A stretch of DNA of 64,000 bases from Amphiscolops sp. MND2022 (Eukaryota): assembly GCA_964187785.1 (NCBI GenBank), contig OZ076409.1, forward strand, positions 6,698,001-6,762,000. Reading direction: 5' to 3'. The notes under the pieces are model-generated. The model saw nothing but the letters and a program-made list of their open reading frames with translations. It was not told where the DNA came from and did no database searches. The position numbers were made by a program, and so were the translations under genes. Position 1 is the stretch's first letter. The number at the start of each line of letters is the position of its first letter. This document shows positions 51,447 to 64,000 of this stretch, one piece after another.

Positions 51447-51970
51447 ATGTACTGTATATTGAAAGATAGATCGAACAAAGGTCCTATACGGCTGTGTTCA
51501 TAGAATCTCAGCTACTTTAGAACTATAGTATGGTACTGTATGTTGAAAGATTGATCGAATATAAAACCTATACCATCGTGCTAATTGGATCTTAGCTACT
51601 TTAGAAATATAGTATGGTAATGTATATTGAAAGATAGATCGAATATAAGTCCTATAAGACCGTGTTCATCGAATCTCAGCTACTCTAGACCTATAATATG
51701 GTACTGTATATTGAAAGATAGATCGAACAAAGGTCCTATACAGCTGTGTTCATAGTATCTCAGCTACTTTACCCCTATCGTTTCGTAAAGTAAATGGAAA
51801 GATAAATCGAATATAAGTCCTATACGAAAGTGTTCATCGAATCTTAGCTACTTTAGACTTATAGTATGGAACTGTATATTGGAAAATAGATCGGATATAA
51901 GTCCAATACGACCGTTCTCATCGAATCTTAACTATTTTAGACCTAAAATATGGTACTGTATATTGAAAGA
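51447..51970. repeat. 84-bp minisatellite, ~6 units; duplicate at ~55704-56227
   Basis: GTACTGTATATTGAAAGATAGATCGAA recurs at 51449, 51533, 51617 and onward. Confidence 0.85.
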
Positions 51971-52850
51971 TATTGGATTGCTCTGTCTGTTCTGCTGAGC
52001 AGAACTTGAATTGCTGCTGCTGCTGTTGTTGGTTTGTATGATTGAATACGAAGAAGAAAAATTGATTGGCAACATCTGAATACTGGTTTGGAAATCCACA
52101 GGAAAAAAGTGAATTATTAGTCCTACAGAGAGACCAACAATTTGTTGTTCTTGCTAGCACTTTCGTTCTGAATCGCGAGATGAACTTTGTGAATCCTGGC
52201 GCAAAATTAGTTTTCATGAACCTTCGCAAACCATGTATTTTCAGTTGACGCCGACAGTGTTGAAACAATTTTATAACAGGTTCCAGAAACCTTTCTGAAC
52301 GTGTACTCTGAAAACTCTTACAAGTCAAAAACAACTTACAATCACTTCCAAAGCCCGACTCCAAAACGGATTCTATTTGTATCAAAATTATTCCTCACAA
52401 ATTATCGAATTTTACCAATTAAACATTGTGCTTCTTGTGTTGAAATTGAGTGTCCGGTAACGCTGAGACGAAAACTTCAATTCAAGCAGGCAGTGTGGTC
52501 TGAGTGATTAGTCCTGCAGCTAGATACCATACTAATCTAAATTGTATCAAGCGATCGAATCACTGGGGTCACACTACTGTTTTGATGGTACAGTCGAAGA
52601 CTAGTCGCTCATCTCGTGAAGTCTTACATTAACTGCTTCGGGTTTGATTCAATTCTTCACTGACGGATTGCCGTCTCACTCACTGATTTCAAAGCGACTC
52701 CTTCATCGCAATGTGGCTCCTGAAGGCAACTGACCGAAAACCAAACGACGTCGAAAAAATGGTGACTTTCACGAAGCAGAGGATTTTTGAGACTCCAAGT
52801 TGTTTTTGTACAGCTGTTCAAATCTCACATTTCTGTGCCAACCGTACCTT

Positions 52851-53020
52851 ACCAACTTAACTCCAAGCAGGTGGAGGCCATGCGCCGACGAGCGCAGGGC
52901 GCTGACCGGGGTCCGGTCCGCGCTCTTGGCCTCCACCTGCTTGGAGTTAAGTTGGTGCTATCGAAGCATTCCGGGCCGCGCTCAACGGCGCAAGGCCTCC
53001 ACCTGCTTGGAGATGAGTTG
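52851..53020. mobile_element. Small GC-rich TA-flanked MITE with an extra internal TIR copy; duplicate at ~57108-57277
   Basis: TA|CCAACTTAACTCCAAGCAGGTGGAGGCC with two inverse copies; the last ends GAGTTGG|TA. Confidence 0.65.
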
Positions 53021-53053
53021 GTAAAGAGTTTTGACATTTGAACGGCTATACTT

Positions 53054-53240
53054 CGCCATCGACCGCCGCGATCCGGGTTTCGGCTCGCCGATCGCCGCAA
53101 TCCGGGTTTCGACTCGCCGATCGCAGCGATCCGGGTTTCCACTCGCCGACCGCAGCAATCCGGGTTTCCACTCGCCGACCGCAGCGATCCGGGTTTCGGC
53201 TCGCCGACCGCCGCGATTCGGGTTTCCACTCGCCGCCGCC
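53054..53240. repeat. 29-bp GC-rich minisatellite, ~6 units; duplicate at ~57311-57497
   Basis: ATCCGGGTTTC recurs at 53071, 53100, 53129 and onward. Confidence 0.85.
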
Positions 53241-56200
53241 GAGTCAAAGGGCAACTCTTGGAACCAAACCAAACGAGGTCTATGGTACAAAGAATATTTT
53301 GATCCTCTCAGCAAACATTTGATTTGGTCCATCCTGGCTCTTTGGGAAATCTGTCTGCAGATCAAACACCAGCAAAGCTTGTTTTCAAATATGCGGTAAT
53401 CTTGTTGACTTATCCATCAAACGGGCCTCAAACACTTGACTAAATCGCACTGTATTCCAAGATTGACCTCAGCATTGTATCTCAAACTATTCCTACCTAT
53501 CAAACTGGTCATTTCCTTACTAGTCGTATGATGAAGACTTAACTTGGGTTTACAACGAAATTTCAGAAACTAAAGTATGATGAGAATGTTAGGTTTCAGA
53601 CAATGTTGCTTCAGACGATTATAGTGACTGTGATGAATCAGTTGCAGTTTCGAATCAGTTTCAGTTGCAGTTAGAGTTATAAAGTACTGCAATTTGATTG
53701 GTTGTTACTATTAATTCAATGATAACTTCCTTTGCCCGCCTAACTTGGGGGATTAAATCGGTAGGAGGAATTAACAGAAAAGATCATATTTCTTGCGACT
53801 TTGTGATTATCAGTTGTTATGGATTGCGTTTTCTCTATTTTTCACTTCATACTGCAAAATTCATATTCTAATTTATGATTCGAGATTTCGCATCGCACAT
53901 TACAGGAAATTCGAATTCATGGAATGTTGACGCTTATTATGGGGAAGATTTTCGGCACAGTCGGAATGAAACTAATTGAGATACAAGAAAAGAGACAAAA
54001 GTAGCTTTTGATGCTTTCAAAGACTAATTGTGCTACTTTTACGAATTTTTTCGTTTGATTTTGAAAAGTGATTTTCTTTTGATTTTCTTTAATATTTCCA
54101 GACCTTTTGTGTGTCTAAAGGGTCCCCTCGTTAAATAATTTTTGGCAATGTGAGATGTTCAAACTTTTGATTAAAACAGTTATATTTAAGGCTATGCGCT
54201 CTAAGCCTTATGTGGGGTGCCGTTTATAAGCTACCATACTGTTATAAATTTGGGCCCCTGGTTGTAAAAAATTACTTGGTCTGAATACGAACTAGCTCGA
54301 AACCAAAGTTATTTTAGAGAGAAGTAAAAATGTTGCAATGGACTTTACTCGGTTTGTCACAGCCATTGTTGGTTTGTAATGTTGAACTATCGATAAGGAA
54401 ATCGCCTTCTGACATTCCAAATCGGACTTGAGTCAACTATATCTTGGTCCAGTCGCCGGAAAACCGCTTTCAATTCAACTATTGCAAGAACATACTCATG
54501 TTTGATTGATTAACTGACTCACAACCCCTCTTTTTTGGCCGGATTTTTTTCCGTTTAGTGGGAGCAAAATTTGCCAAGTTTACGAACTTTTTCTAATGAT
54601 ACCCAATCATTTTAGCATTACCTTCCTCCCAGTGATGTTAGTAGTAAAGGAAGGGGGGGTTTATGAACGTTTTTGGCTCCCAACCGAAAATTTCTAAGAT
54701 AGAATTCTTATGCACGTTTTGGGCTCCCAACCGAAAATTTTCTAAGATAGATTTCTTATGCACGTTTTGGGCTCCCAAGTCGAAAACTTTCAAAGTCTTA
54801 AAGCTCAAAGGTCAAACTGACTCTTTAATCAAAATGTGTGCCATATGTCAAGTTTTGTTTACATTTCCTTTTCTGACTTGGAATAATCTCGACTTAGGAG
54901 CCATAAAAATGCAATAAGAATTTGAGAATCTTGAATATTTTCCTCTGTGAGCAATGCCATCAGAATATATGACTGAATCTGAGAAACATAGTCAAAATCA
55001 GCCCAAGAATGTCCAAAAACTGTTTTTTGACGTTCTCAAAAACTGTCCGTATGATTCAAACGAATTTTCTATAGTCGTTCTACACTATATTAGAGTCCTA
55101 TATGTACAAAGGCATCAAAATCGTATGGCCGGGATTTGAGAAACAGCCAAAATTGGACCAAAAAGTGACCAAAATCGGCCATTTTTTGACTTTTTTCGAT
55201 TTTTTCAAAACTGCATGCGATTAGAGTTCGAACGATTTTTAGTCGGCGCTTTTTAGAAGAAAATTAGCCCAACTATTACAGGGACTAGTTTTTTTCGTCA
55301 GATAACAGAATGTATGCGTAGTGGACACTTTTTCTACAGAACTATTAAACTACTGGACCGGCAAGCGGGAACGCATCTAAGTTAGTGCAAACGGTCCCCC
55401 CTTTCGTGTACTCAATTTTTAACGAAAGATACAAAATCGGACGGGACTACAGGGTCCCCCCTTTTCGGCACTGTGCGACTTTTTTTGAATTATTTCTTGT
55501 CGCCAAAGGGACCCCCTTCATGTTTTTTGATATTTTGCAGCAAACTGAAGTTTCAAAAAGCCCAATGGGTCTCTTTTTTAGTTTTTCGGCACTATGAGAC
55601 TGTTTCAAAATTCTCATTTTTCGGTCCTATGTGTGCAGTTAGATCAAAATACTATGTGAAGCTGAGCAACATAGGCAAAATTACTTGAACACTGACCAAA
55701 AATATGTACTGTATATTGAAAGATAGATCGAACAAAGGTCCTATACGGCTGTGTTCATAGAATCTCAGCTACTTTAGAACTATAGTATGGTACTGTATGT
55801 TGAAAGATTGATCGAATATAAAACCTATACCATCGTGCTAATTGGATCTTAGCTACTTTAGAAATATAGTATGGTAATGTATATTGAAAGATAGATCGAA
55901 TATAAGTCCTATAAGACCGTGTTCATCGAATCTCAGCTACTCTAGACCTATAATATGGTACTGTATATTGAAAGATAGATCGAACAAAGGTCCTATACAG
56001 CTGTGTTCATAGTATCTCAGCTACTTTACCCCTATCGTTTCGTAAAGTAAATGGAAAGATAAATCGAATATAAGTCCTATACGAAAGTGTTCATCGAATC
56101 TTAGCTACTTTAGACTTATAGTATGGAACTGTATATTGGAAAATAGATCGGATATAAGTCCAATACGACCGTTCTCATCGAATCTTAACTATTTTAGACC

Positions 56201-58230
56201 TAAAATATGGTACTGTATATTGAAAGATATTGGATTGCTCTGTCTGTTCTGCTGAGCAGAACTTGAATTGCTGCTGCTGCTGTTGTTGGTTTGTATGATT
56301 GAATACGAAGAAGAAAAATTGATTGGCAACATCTGAATACTGGTTTGGAAATCCACAGGAAAAAAGTGAATTATTAGTCCTACAGAGAGACCAACAATTT
56401 GTTGTTCTTGCTAGCACTTTCGTTCTGAATCGCGAGATGAACTTTGTGAATCCTGGCGCAAAATTAGTTTTCATGAACCTTCGCAAACCATGTATTTTCA
56501 GTTGACGCCGACAGTGTTGAAACAATTTTATAACAGGTTCCAGAAACCTTTCTGAACGTGTACTCTGAAAACTCTTACAAGTCAAAAACAACTTACAATC
56601 ACTTCCAAAGCCCGACTCCAAAACGGATTCTATTTGTATCAAAATTATTCCTCACAAATTATCGAATTTTACCAATTAAACATTGTGCTTCTTGTGTTGA
56701 AATTGAGTGTCCGGTAACGCTGAGACGAAAACTTCAATTCAAGCAGGCAGTGTGGTCTGAGTGATTAGTCCTGCAGCTAGATACCATACTAATCTAAATT
56801 GTATCAAGCGATCGAATCACTGGGGTCACACTACTGTTTTGATGGTACAGTCGAAGACTAGTCGCTCATCTCGTGAAGTCTTACATTAACTGCTTCGGGT
56901 TTGATTCAATTCTTCACTGACGGATTGCCGTCTCACTCACTGATTTCAAAGCGACTCCTTCATCGCAATGTGGCTCCTGAAGGCAACTGACCGAAAACCA
57001 AACGACGTCGAAAAAATGGTGACTTTCACGAAGCAGAGGATTTTTGAGACTCCAAGTTGTTTTTGTACAGCTGTTCAAATCTCACATTTCTGTGCCAACC
57101 GTACCTTACCAACTTAACTCCAAGCAGGTGGAGGCCATGCGCCGACGAGCGCAGGGCGCTGACCGGGGTCCGGTCCGCGCTCTTGGCCTCCACCTGCTTG
57201 GAGTTAAGTTGGTGCTATCGAAGCATTCCGGGCCGCGCTCAACGGCGCAAGGCCTCCACCTGCTTGGAGATGAGTTGGTAAAGAGTTTTGACATTTGAAC
57301 GGCTATACTTCGCCATCGACCGCCGCGATCCGGGTTTCGGCTCGCCGATCGCCGCAATCCGGGTTTCGACTCGCCGATCGCAGCGATCCGGGTTTCCACT
57401 CGCCGACCGCAGCAATCCGGGTTTCCACTCGCCGACCGCAGCGATCCGGGTTTCGGCTCGCCGACCGCCGCGATTCGGGTTTCCACTCGCCGCCGCCGAG
57501 TCAAAGGGCAACTCTTGGAACCAAACCAAACGAGGTCTATGGTACAAAGAATATTTTGATCCTCTCAGCAAACATTTGATTTGGTCCATCCTGGCTCTTT
57601 GGGAAATCTGTCTGCAGATCAAACACCAGCAAAGCTTGTTTTTAAATATGCGGTAATCTTGTTGACTTATCCATCAAACGGGCCTCAAACACTTGACTAA
57701 ATCGCACTGTAGTCCAAGATTGACCTCAGCATTGTATATCAAACTATTCCTACCTATCAAACTGGTCATTTCCTTACTAGTCGTATGATGAAGACTTAAC
57801 TTGGGTTTACAACGAAATTTCAGAAACTAAAGTATGATGAGAATGTTAGGTTTCAGACAATGTTGCTTCAGACGATTATAGTGACTGTGATGAATCAGTG
57901 AGCTGCAGCAACAGCAGCAGCAGTGTCCCCAATTCTGACAGTGATACTTAAATCGACTCCCTCAATATTTTAGATGCCCTCAAAAACAGCCGCTCGTCGC
58001 GTGCTTCGAGCTACGCGAGGCCACTGAAACAAGCTTCGAACTCTGACTCGGCAAATTCCATTTGGTACCGTTTCATTCATAGTGTATCGATCACTTGATA
58101 TTCACCATTGATATTAACCTAATTGTTAATTTAGATGCGGCCGATCCTGGCCTTAATCAATCAATCTAGCTTCTAGCTCTAACGATGATGGAGAATTCGC
58201 AAATGTTCTTGACTGGGATGCTCTATCTGA

Positions 58231-61200
58231 CTGAATATTCGTCAAAACCGCCAAATTAAAATAAAGACACGTTCTTACCAGTAGTTGTCTCGTCAGATCA
58301 TCGATTTTCTGCAGGCGTTCACTTGTTATCCTAGTTGTGTGCACGATTCCTGACTTTGGAAGCCCTGCAGTTGAAAAAAAATTTTTTGAAAAGTTCTGAA
58401 AAATTTCTAAGTCCCACAACTTTTGCTCGGGAAATGCTAGAACGCTGAAACCTCGTTGAAAAGGCCAAACGGTTTTGCTCGGGAAAATTTTGGGCAGGGG
58501 TTCCGCTTATACAGGAGGGGTCTTGTAAGAACTTTTTCGGTAAAACGGTAGTGATAAATCGGGATTTTCCTGAATATTCGTCAAAAACGCCAGGTTAAAA
58601 TAAAGACGTTCTAACCAGTTGTTTTCTCGTCAAATCATCGACTTTCTGCAGGCGTTCACTTGTAATCCTAGTTGTGTGCACGATTCCTGACTTTGGAAGC
58701 CCTGCAGTTGAAATAAATTTTTAAAAAATTCTGAAAATTTTCTAAGTCCCACAACTTATGCTCGGGAAAAGCTAGAACGCTGAAACCTCGTTAAAAAGGC
58801 CAAATGGTTTTGCTCGGGAAAAATTCGGGCAGGGGTTCCCCCTATACAGGACGGGTCTTGTAAGAACTTTTTCGGTAAAACGGTAGTGATAAATCGGGGT
58901 TTTCCTGAATATTCGTCAAAAACGCCAGGTTAAAACGAAGACACGTTCTAACCAGTAGTTTTCTCGTCAAATCATCGACTTTCTGCAGGCGTTCATTGGT
59001 AATCCTAGTTGTGTGCACGATTCCTGACATTGGAAGCCCAGCAGTTGAAATAAAATTTTTGAAAAATTCTGAAAGTTTTCTAAGTCCCACAACTTTTGCT
59101 CGGGAAATGCTAGAACGCTGAAACCTCGGTAAAAAGGCCAAATGGTTTTGCTCGGGAAAAATTTGGGCAGGGGTTCCCCCTATACAGGAGGGGTCTTGTA
59201 AGAACTTTTTCGGTAAAACGGTAGTGATAAATCGGGATTTTCCTGAATATTCGTCAAAAACGCCAGGTTAAAATAAAGACGTTCTAACCAGTTGTTTTCT
59301 CGTCAAATCATCGACTTTCTGCAGGCGTTCACTTGTAATCCTAGTTGTGTGCACGATTCCTGACTTTGGAAGCCCTGCAGTTGAAATAAATTTTTGAAAA
59401 ATTCTGAAAATTTTCTAAGTCCCACAACTTATGCTCGGGAAAAGCTAGAACGCTGAAACCTCGTTAAAAAGGCCAAATGGTTTTGCTCGGGAAAAATTCG
59501 GGCAGGGGTTCCCCCTATACAGGACGGGTCTTGTAAGAACTTTTTCGGTAAAACGGTAGTGATAAATTGGGATTTTCCTGAAAAATGGTCAAAAACGCCA
59601 AATTAAAATAAGGACACGTTCTAACCAGTAGTTTTCTCGTCAAATCATCGACTTTCTGCAGGCGTTCACTTGTAATCCTAGTTGTGTGCACGATTCCTGA
59701 CTTTGGAAGCCCTGCAGTTGAAATAAAATTTTTGAAAAATTCTGAAAATTTCCAAGTCCCACAACTTTTGCTCGGGAAATGCTAGAACGCTGAAACCTCG
59801 TTAAAAAGGCCAAATGGTTTTGCTCGGGAAAAATTTGGGCAGGGGTTCCCCCTATACAGGAGGGGTCTTGTAAGAACTTTTTCGGTAAAACGGTAGTGAT
59901 AAATCGGGATTTTCCTAAATATTCGTCAAAAACGCCAGGTTAAAATAAAGACGTTCTAACCAGTAGTTTTCTCGTCAAATCATCGACTTTCTGCAGGCGT
60001 TCACTTGTAATCCTAGTTTTGTGCACGATTCCTGACTTTGGAAGCCCTGCAGTTGAAATAAAATTTTTGAAAACTTCTGAAAATTTTCTAAGTCCCACAA
60101 CTTTTGCTCGGGAAATGCTAGAACGCTGAAACCTCGTTAAAAAGGCCAAATGGTTTTGCTCGGGAAAAATTCGGGCAGGGGTTCCCCCTATACAGGAGGG
60201 GTCTTGTATGAACTTTTTCGGTAAAACGGTAGTGATAAATTGGGATTTTCCTGAAAAATGGTCGAAAACGCCAAATTAAAATAAGGACACGTTCTAACCA
60301 GTAGTTTTCTCGTCAAATCATCGACTTTCTGCAGGCGTTCATTGGTAATCCTAGTTGTGTGCACGATTCCTGACATTGGAAGCCCTGCAGTTGAAATAAA
60401 ATTTTTGAAAAATTCTGAAAATTTTCTAAGTCCCACAACTTTTGCTCGGGAAATGCTAGAACGCTGAAACCTCGGTAAAAAGGCCAAATGGTTTTGCTCG
60501 GGAAAAATTTGGGCAGGGGTTCCCCCTATACAGGAGGGGTCTTGTAAGAACTTTTTCGGTAAAACGGTAGTGATAAATCGGGATTTTCCTGAATATTCGT
60601 CAAAAACGCCAGGTTAAAATAAAGACGTTCTAACCAGTTGTTTTCTCGTCAAATCATCGACTTTCTGCAGGCGTTCACTTGTAATCCTAGTTGTGTGCAC
60701 GATTCCTGACTTTGGAAGCCCTGCAGTTGAAATAAATTTTTAAAAAATTCTGAAAATTTTCTAAGTCCCAAAACTTATGCTCGGGAAAAGCTAGAACGCT
60801 GAAACCTCGTTAAAAAGGCCAAATGGTTTTGCTCGGGAAAAATTCGGGCAGGGGTTCCCCCTATACAGGACGGGTCTTGTAAGAACTTTTTCGGTAAAAC
60901 GGTAGTGATAAATCGGGGTTTTCCTGATATTCGTCAAAAACGCCAGGTTAAAACGAAGACACGTTCTAACCAGTAGTTTTCTCGTCAAATCATCGACTTT
61001 CTGCAGGCGTTCACTTGTAATCCTAGTTGTGTGCACGATTCCTGTCTCTGGAAGCCCTGCAGTAGAAATAAAATTTTCGAAAAATTCTGAAAATTTTCTA
61101 AGTCCTACAACTTTTGCTCGGGAAATGCTAGAACGCTGAAACCTCGTTAAAAAGGCCAAATGGTTTCGCTCGGGAAAAATTTGGGCAGGGGTTCCCCCTA

Positions 61201-64000
61201 TACAGGAGGGGTCTTGTAAGAATTTTTTCGGTAAAACGGTAGTGATAAATCGGGATTTTCCTGAAAAATCGTCAAAAACGACAAAATAAAATAAAGACAC
61301 GTTCTAACCAGTAGGTTTCTCGTCAAATCATCGACTTTCTGCAGGCGTTCACTTGTAATCCTAGTTGTGTGCACGATTCCTGACTTTGGAAGCCCTGCAG
61401 TTGAAATAAATTTTTGAAAAATTCTGAAAATTTTCTAAGTCCCACAGTTTTTGCTCGGGAAAAGCTAGAACGCTGAAACCTCGTTAAAAAGGCCAAATGG
61501 TTTTGCTCGGGAAAAATTCGGGCAGGGGTTCCCCCTATACAGGAGGGGTCTTGTAAGAACTTTTTCGGTAAAACGGTAGTGATAAATTGGGATTTTCCTG
61601 AAAAATGGTCAAAAACGCCAAATTAAAATAAGGACACGTTCTAACCAGTTGTTTTCTCGTCAAATCATCGACTTTCTGCAGGCGTTCACTTGTAATCCTA
61701 GTTGTGTGCACGATTCCTGACTTTGGAAGCCCTGCAGTTGAAATAAATTTTTGAAAAATTCTGAAAATTTTCTAAGTCCCACAACTTATGCTCGGGAAAA
61801 GCTAGAACGCTGAAACCTCGTTAAAAAGGCCAAATGGTTTTGCTCGGGAAAAATTCGGGCAGGGGTTCCCCCTATACAGGACGGGTCTTGTAAGAACTTT
61901 TTCGGTAAAACGGTAGTGATAAATCGGGGTTTTCCTGAATATTCGTCAAAAACGCCAGGTTAAAACAAAGACACGTTCTAACCAGTAGTTTTCTCGTCAA
62001 ATCATCGACTTTCTGCAGGCGTTCACTTGTAATCCTAGTTGTGTGCACGATTCCTGTCTCTGGAAGCCCTGCAGTAGAAATAAAATTTTCGAAAAATTCT
62101 GAAAATTTTTTAAGTCCTACAACTTTTGCTCGGGAAATGCTAGAACGCTGAAACCTCGTTAAAAAGGCCAAATGGTTTCGCTCGGGAAAAATTTGGGCAG
62201 GGGTTCCCCCTATACAGGAGGGGTCTTTTAAGAATTTTTTCGGTAAAACGGTAGTGATAAATCGGGATTTTCCTGAAAAATCGTCAAAAACGACAAAATA
62301 AAATAAAGACACGTTCTAACCAGTAGGTTTCTCGTCAAATCATCGACTTTCTGCAGGCGTTCACTTGTAATCCTAGTTGTGTGCACGATTCCTGACTTTG
62401 GAAGCCCTGCAGTTGAAATAAATTTTTGAAAAATTCTGAAAATTTTCTAAGTCCCACAGTTTTTGCTCGGGAAAAGCTAGAACGCTGAAACCTCGTTAAA
62501 AAGGCCAAATGGTTTTGCTCGGGAAAAATTCGGGCAGGGGTTCCCCCTATACAGGAGGGGTCTTGTAAGAACTTTTTCGGTAAAACGGTAGTGATAAATT
62601 GGGATTTTCCTGAAAAATGGTCAAAAACGCCAAATTAAAATAAGGACACGTTCTAACCAGTTGTTTTCTCGTCAAATCATCGACTTTCTGCAGGCGTTCA
62701 CTTGTAATCCTAGTTGTGTGCACGATTCCTGACTTTGGAAGCCCTGCAGTTGAAATAAATTTTTGAAAAATTCTGAAAATTTTCTAAGTCCCACAACTTA
62801 TGCTCGGGAAAAGCTAGAACGCTGAAACCTCGTTAAAAAGGCCAAATGGTTTTGCTCGGGAAAAATTCGGGCAGGGGTTCCCCCTATACAGGACGGGTCT
62901 TGTAAGAACTTTTTCGGTAAAACGGTAGTGATAAATCGGGGTTTTCCTGAATATTCGTCAAAAACGCCAGGTTAAAACAAAGACACGTTCTAACCAGTAG
63001 TTTTCTCGTCAAATCATCGACTTTCTGCAGGCGTTCACTTGTAATCCTAGTTGTGTGCACGATTCCTGTCTCTGGAAGCCCTGCAGTAGAAATAAAATTT
63101 TCGAAAAATTCTGAAAATTTTTTAAGTCCTACAACTTTTGCTCGGGAAATGCTAGAACGCTGAAACCTCGTTAAAAAGGCCAAATGGTTTCGCTCGGGAA
63201 AAATTTGGGCAGGGGTTCCCCCTATACAGGAGGGGTCTTGTAAGAATTTTTTCGGTAAAACGGTAGTGATAAATCGGGATTTTCCTGAAAAATCGTCAAA
63301 AACGACAAAATAAAATAAAGACACGTTCTAACCAGTAGGTTTCTCGTCAAATCATCGACTTTCTGCAGGCGTTCACTTGTAATCCTAGTTGTGTGCACGA
63401 TTCCTGACTTTGGAAGCCCTGCAGTTGAAATAAATTTTTGAAAAATTCTGAAAATTTTTCAAGTCCCACAACTTTTTTCTCGGGAAAAGCTAGAACGCTG
63501 AAACCTCGTTAAAAAGGCCAAATGGTTTTGCTCGGGAAAAATTCGGGCAGGGGTTCCCCCTATACAGGAGGGGTCTTGTAAGAACTTTTTCGGTAAAACG
63601 GTAGTGATAAATTGGGATTTTCCTGAAAAATGGTCAAAAACGCCAAATTAAAATAAGGACACGTTCTAACCAGTTGTTTTCTCGTCAAATCATCGACTTT
63701 CTGCAGGCGTTCACTTGTAATCCTAGTTGTGTGCACGATTCCTGACTTTGGAAGCCCTGCAGTTGAAATAATTTTTTGAAAAATTCTGAAAATTTTCTAA
63801 GTCCCACAACTTATGCTCGGGAAAAGCTAGAACGCTGAAACCTCGTTAAAAAGGCCAAATGGTTTTGCTCGGGAAAAATTCGGGCAGGGGTTCCCCCTAT
63901 ACAGGACGGGTCTTGTAAGAACTTTTTCGGTAAAACGGTAGTGATAAATCGGGGTTTTCCTGAATATTCGTCAAAAACGCCAGGTTAAAACAAAGACACG
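58231..64000. repeat. ~337-bp satellite array (~17 monomers, runs off the window)
   Basis: CTGAATATTCGTCAAAA or a close variant recurs at 58231, 58570, 58905, 59243, 59578 and onward (335-339 bp spacing). Confidence 0.97.

Larger units (their letters stand above)
49399..57899. repeat. 4.26-kb tandem segmental duplication (49399-53642 and 53657-57899)
   Basis: Near-identical copies offset by 4257-4258 bp; the ORF track is duplicated. Confidence 0.95.

Noticed and set aside
52787..53399. GC-rich overlapping ORFs on both strands
   Set aside because: Explained by the MITE and the 29-bp minisatellite.
58153..63324. Repeated minus-strand ORFs (99-169 aa)
   Set aside because: These are read-throughs of satellite monomers with frequent frameshifts and no recognisable domain.

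Overview
AT-rich, intron-containing animal (invertebrate-like) nuclear DNA; the species cannot be determined from the sequence. 1-12.9 kb is a nest of decayed transposons: LINE and CRE-like fragments in a 1.7-kb tandem duplication, then a hAT remnant containing a Ty3/Gypsy LTR element that itself carries a Penelope insertion and a LINE insertion. 13-49.3 kb holds five co-oriented (+) housekeeping genes: RPL26, RPS16, RSL1D1, Pinin (9 coding exons reconstructed) and TMEM14. They are separated and interrupted by MITEs, Helentron-like (HINE) repeats and a MULE-in-hAT insertion. 49.4-57.9 kb is a near-identical 4.26-kb tandem duplication, and 58.2-64 kb is a ~337-bp satellite with higher-order structure. 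The main observation is that all five genes have a TTTCAG splice acceptor only 0-13 nt before the ATG, with no identifiable upstream exon. This suggests spliced-leader trans-splicing and possibly a TE-inflated operon, though 5'-UTR introns are not excluded. Also notable are a probable non-canonical GG donor in TMEM14 and a degenerate hammerhead ribozyme in the Penelope copy.
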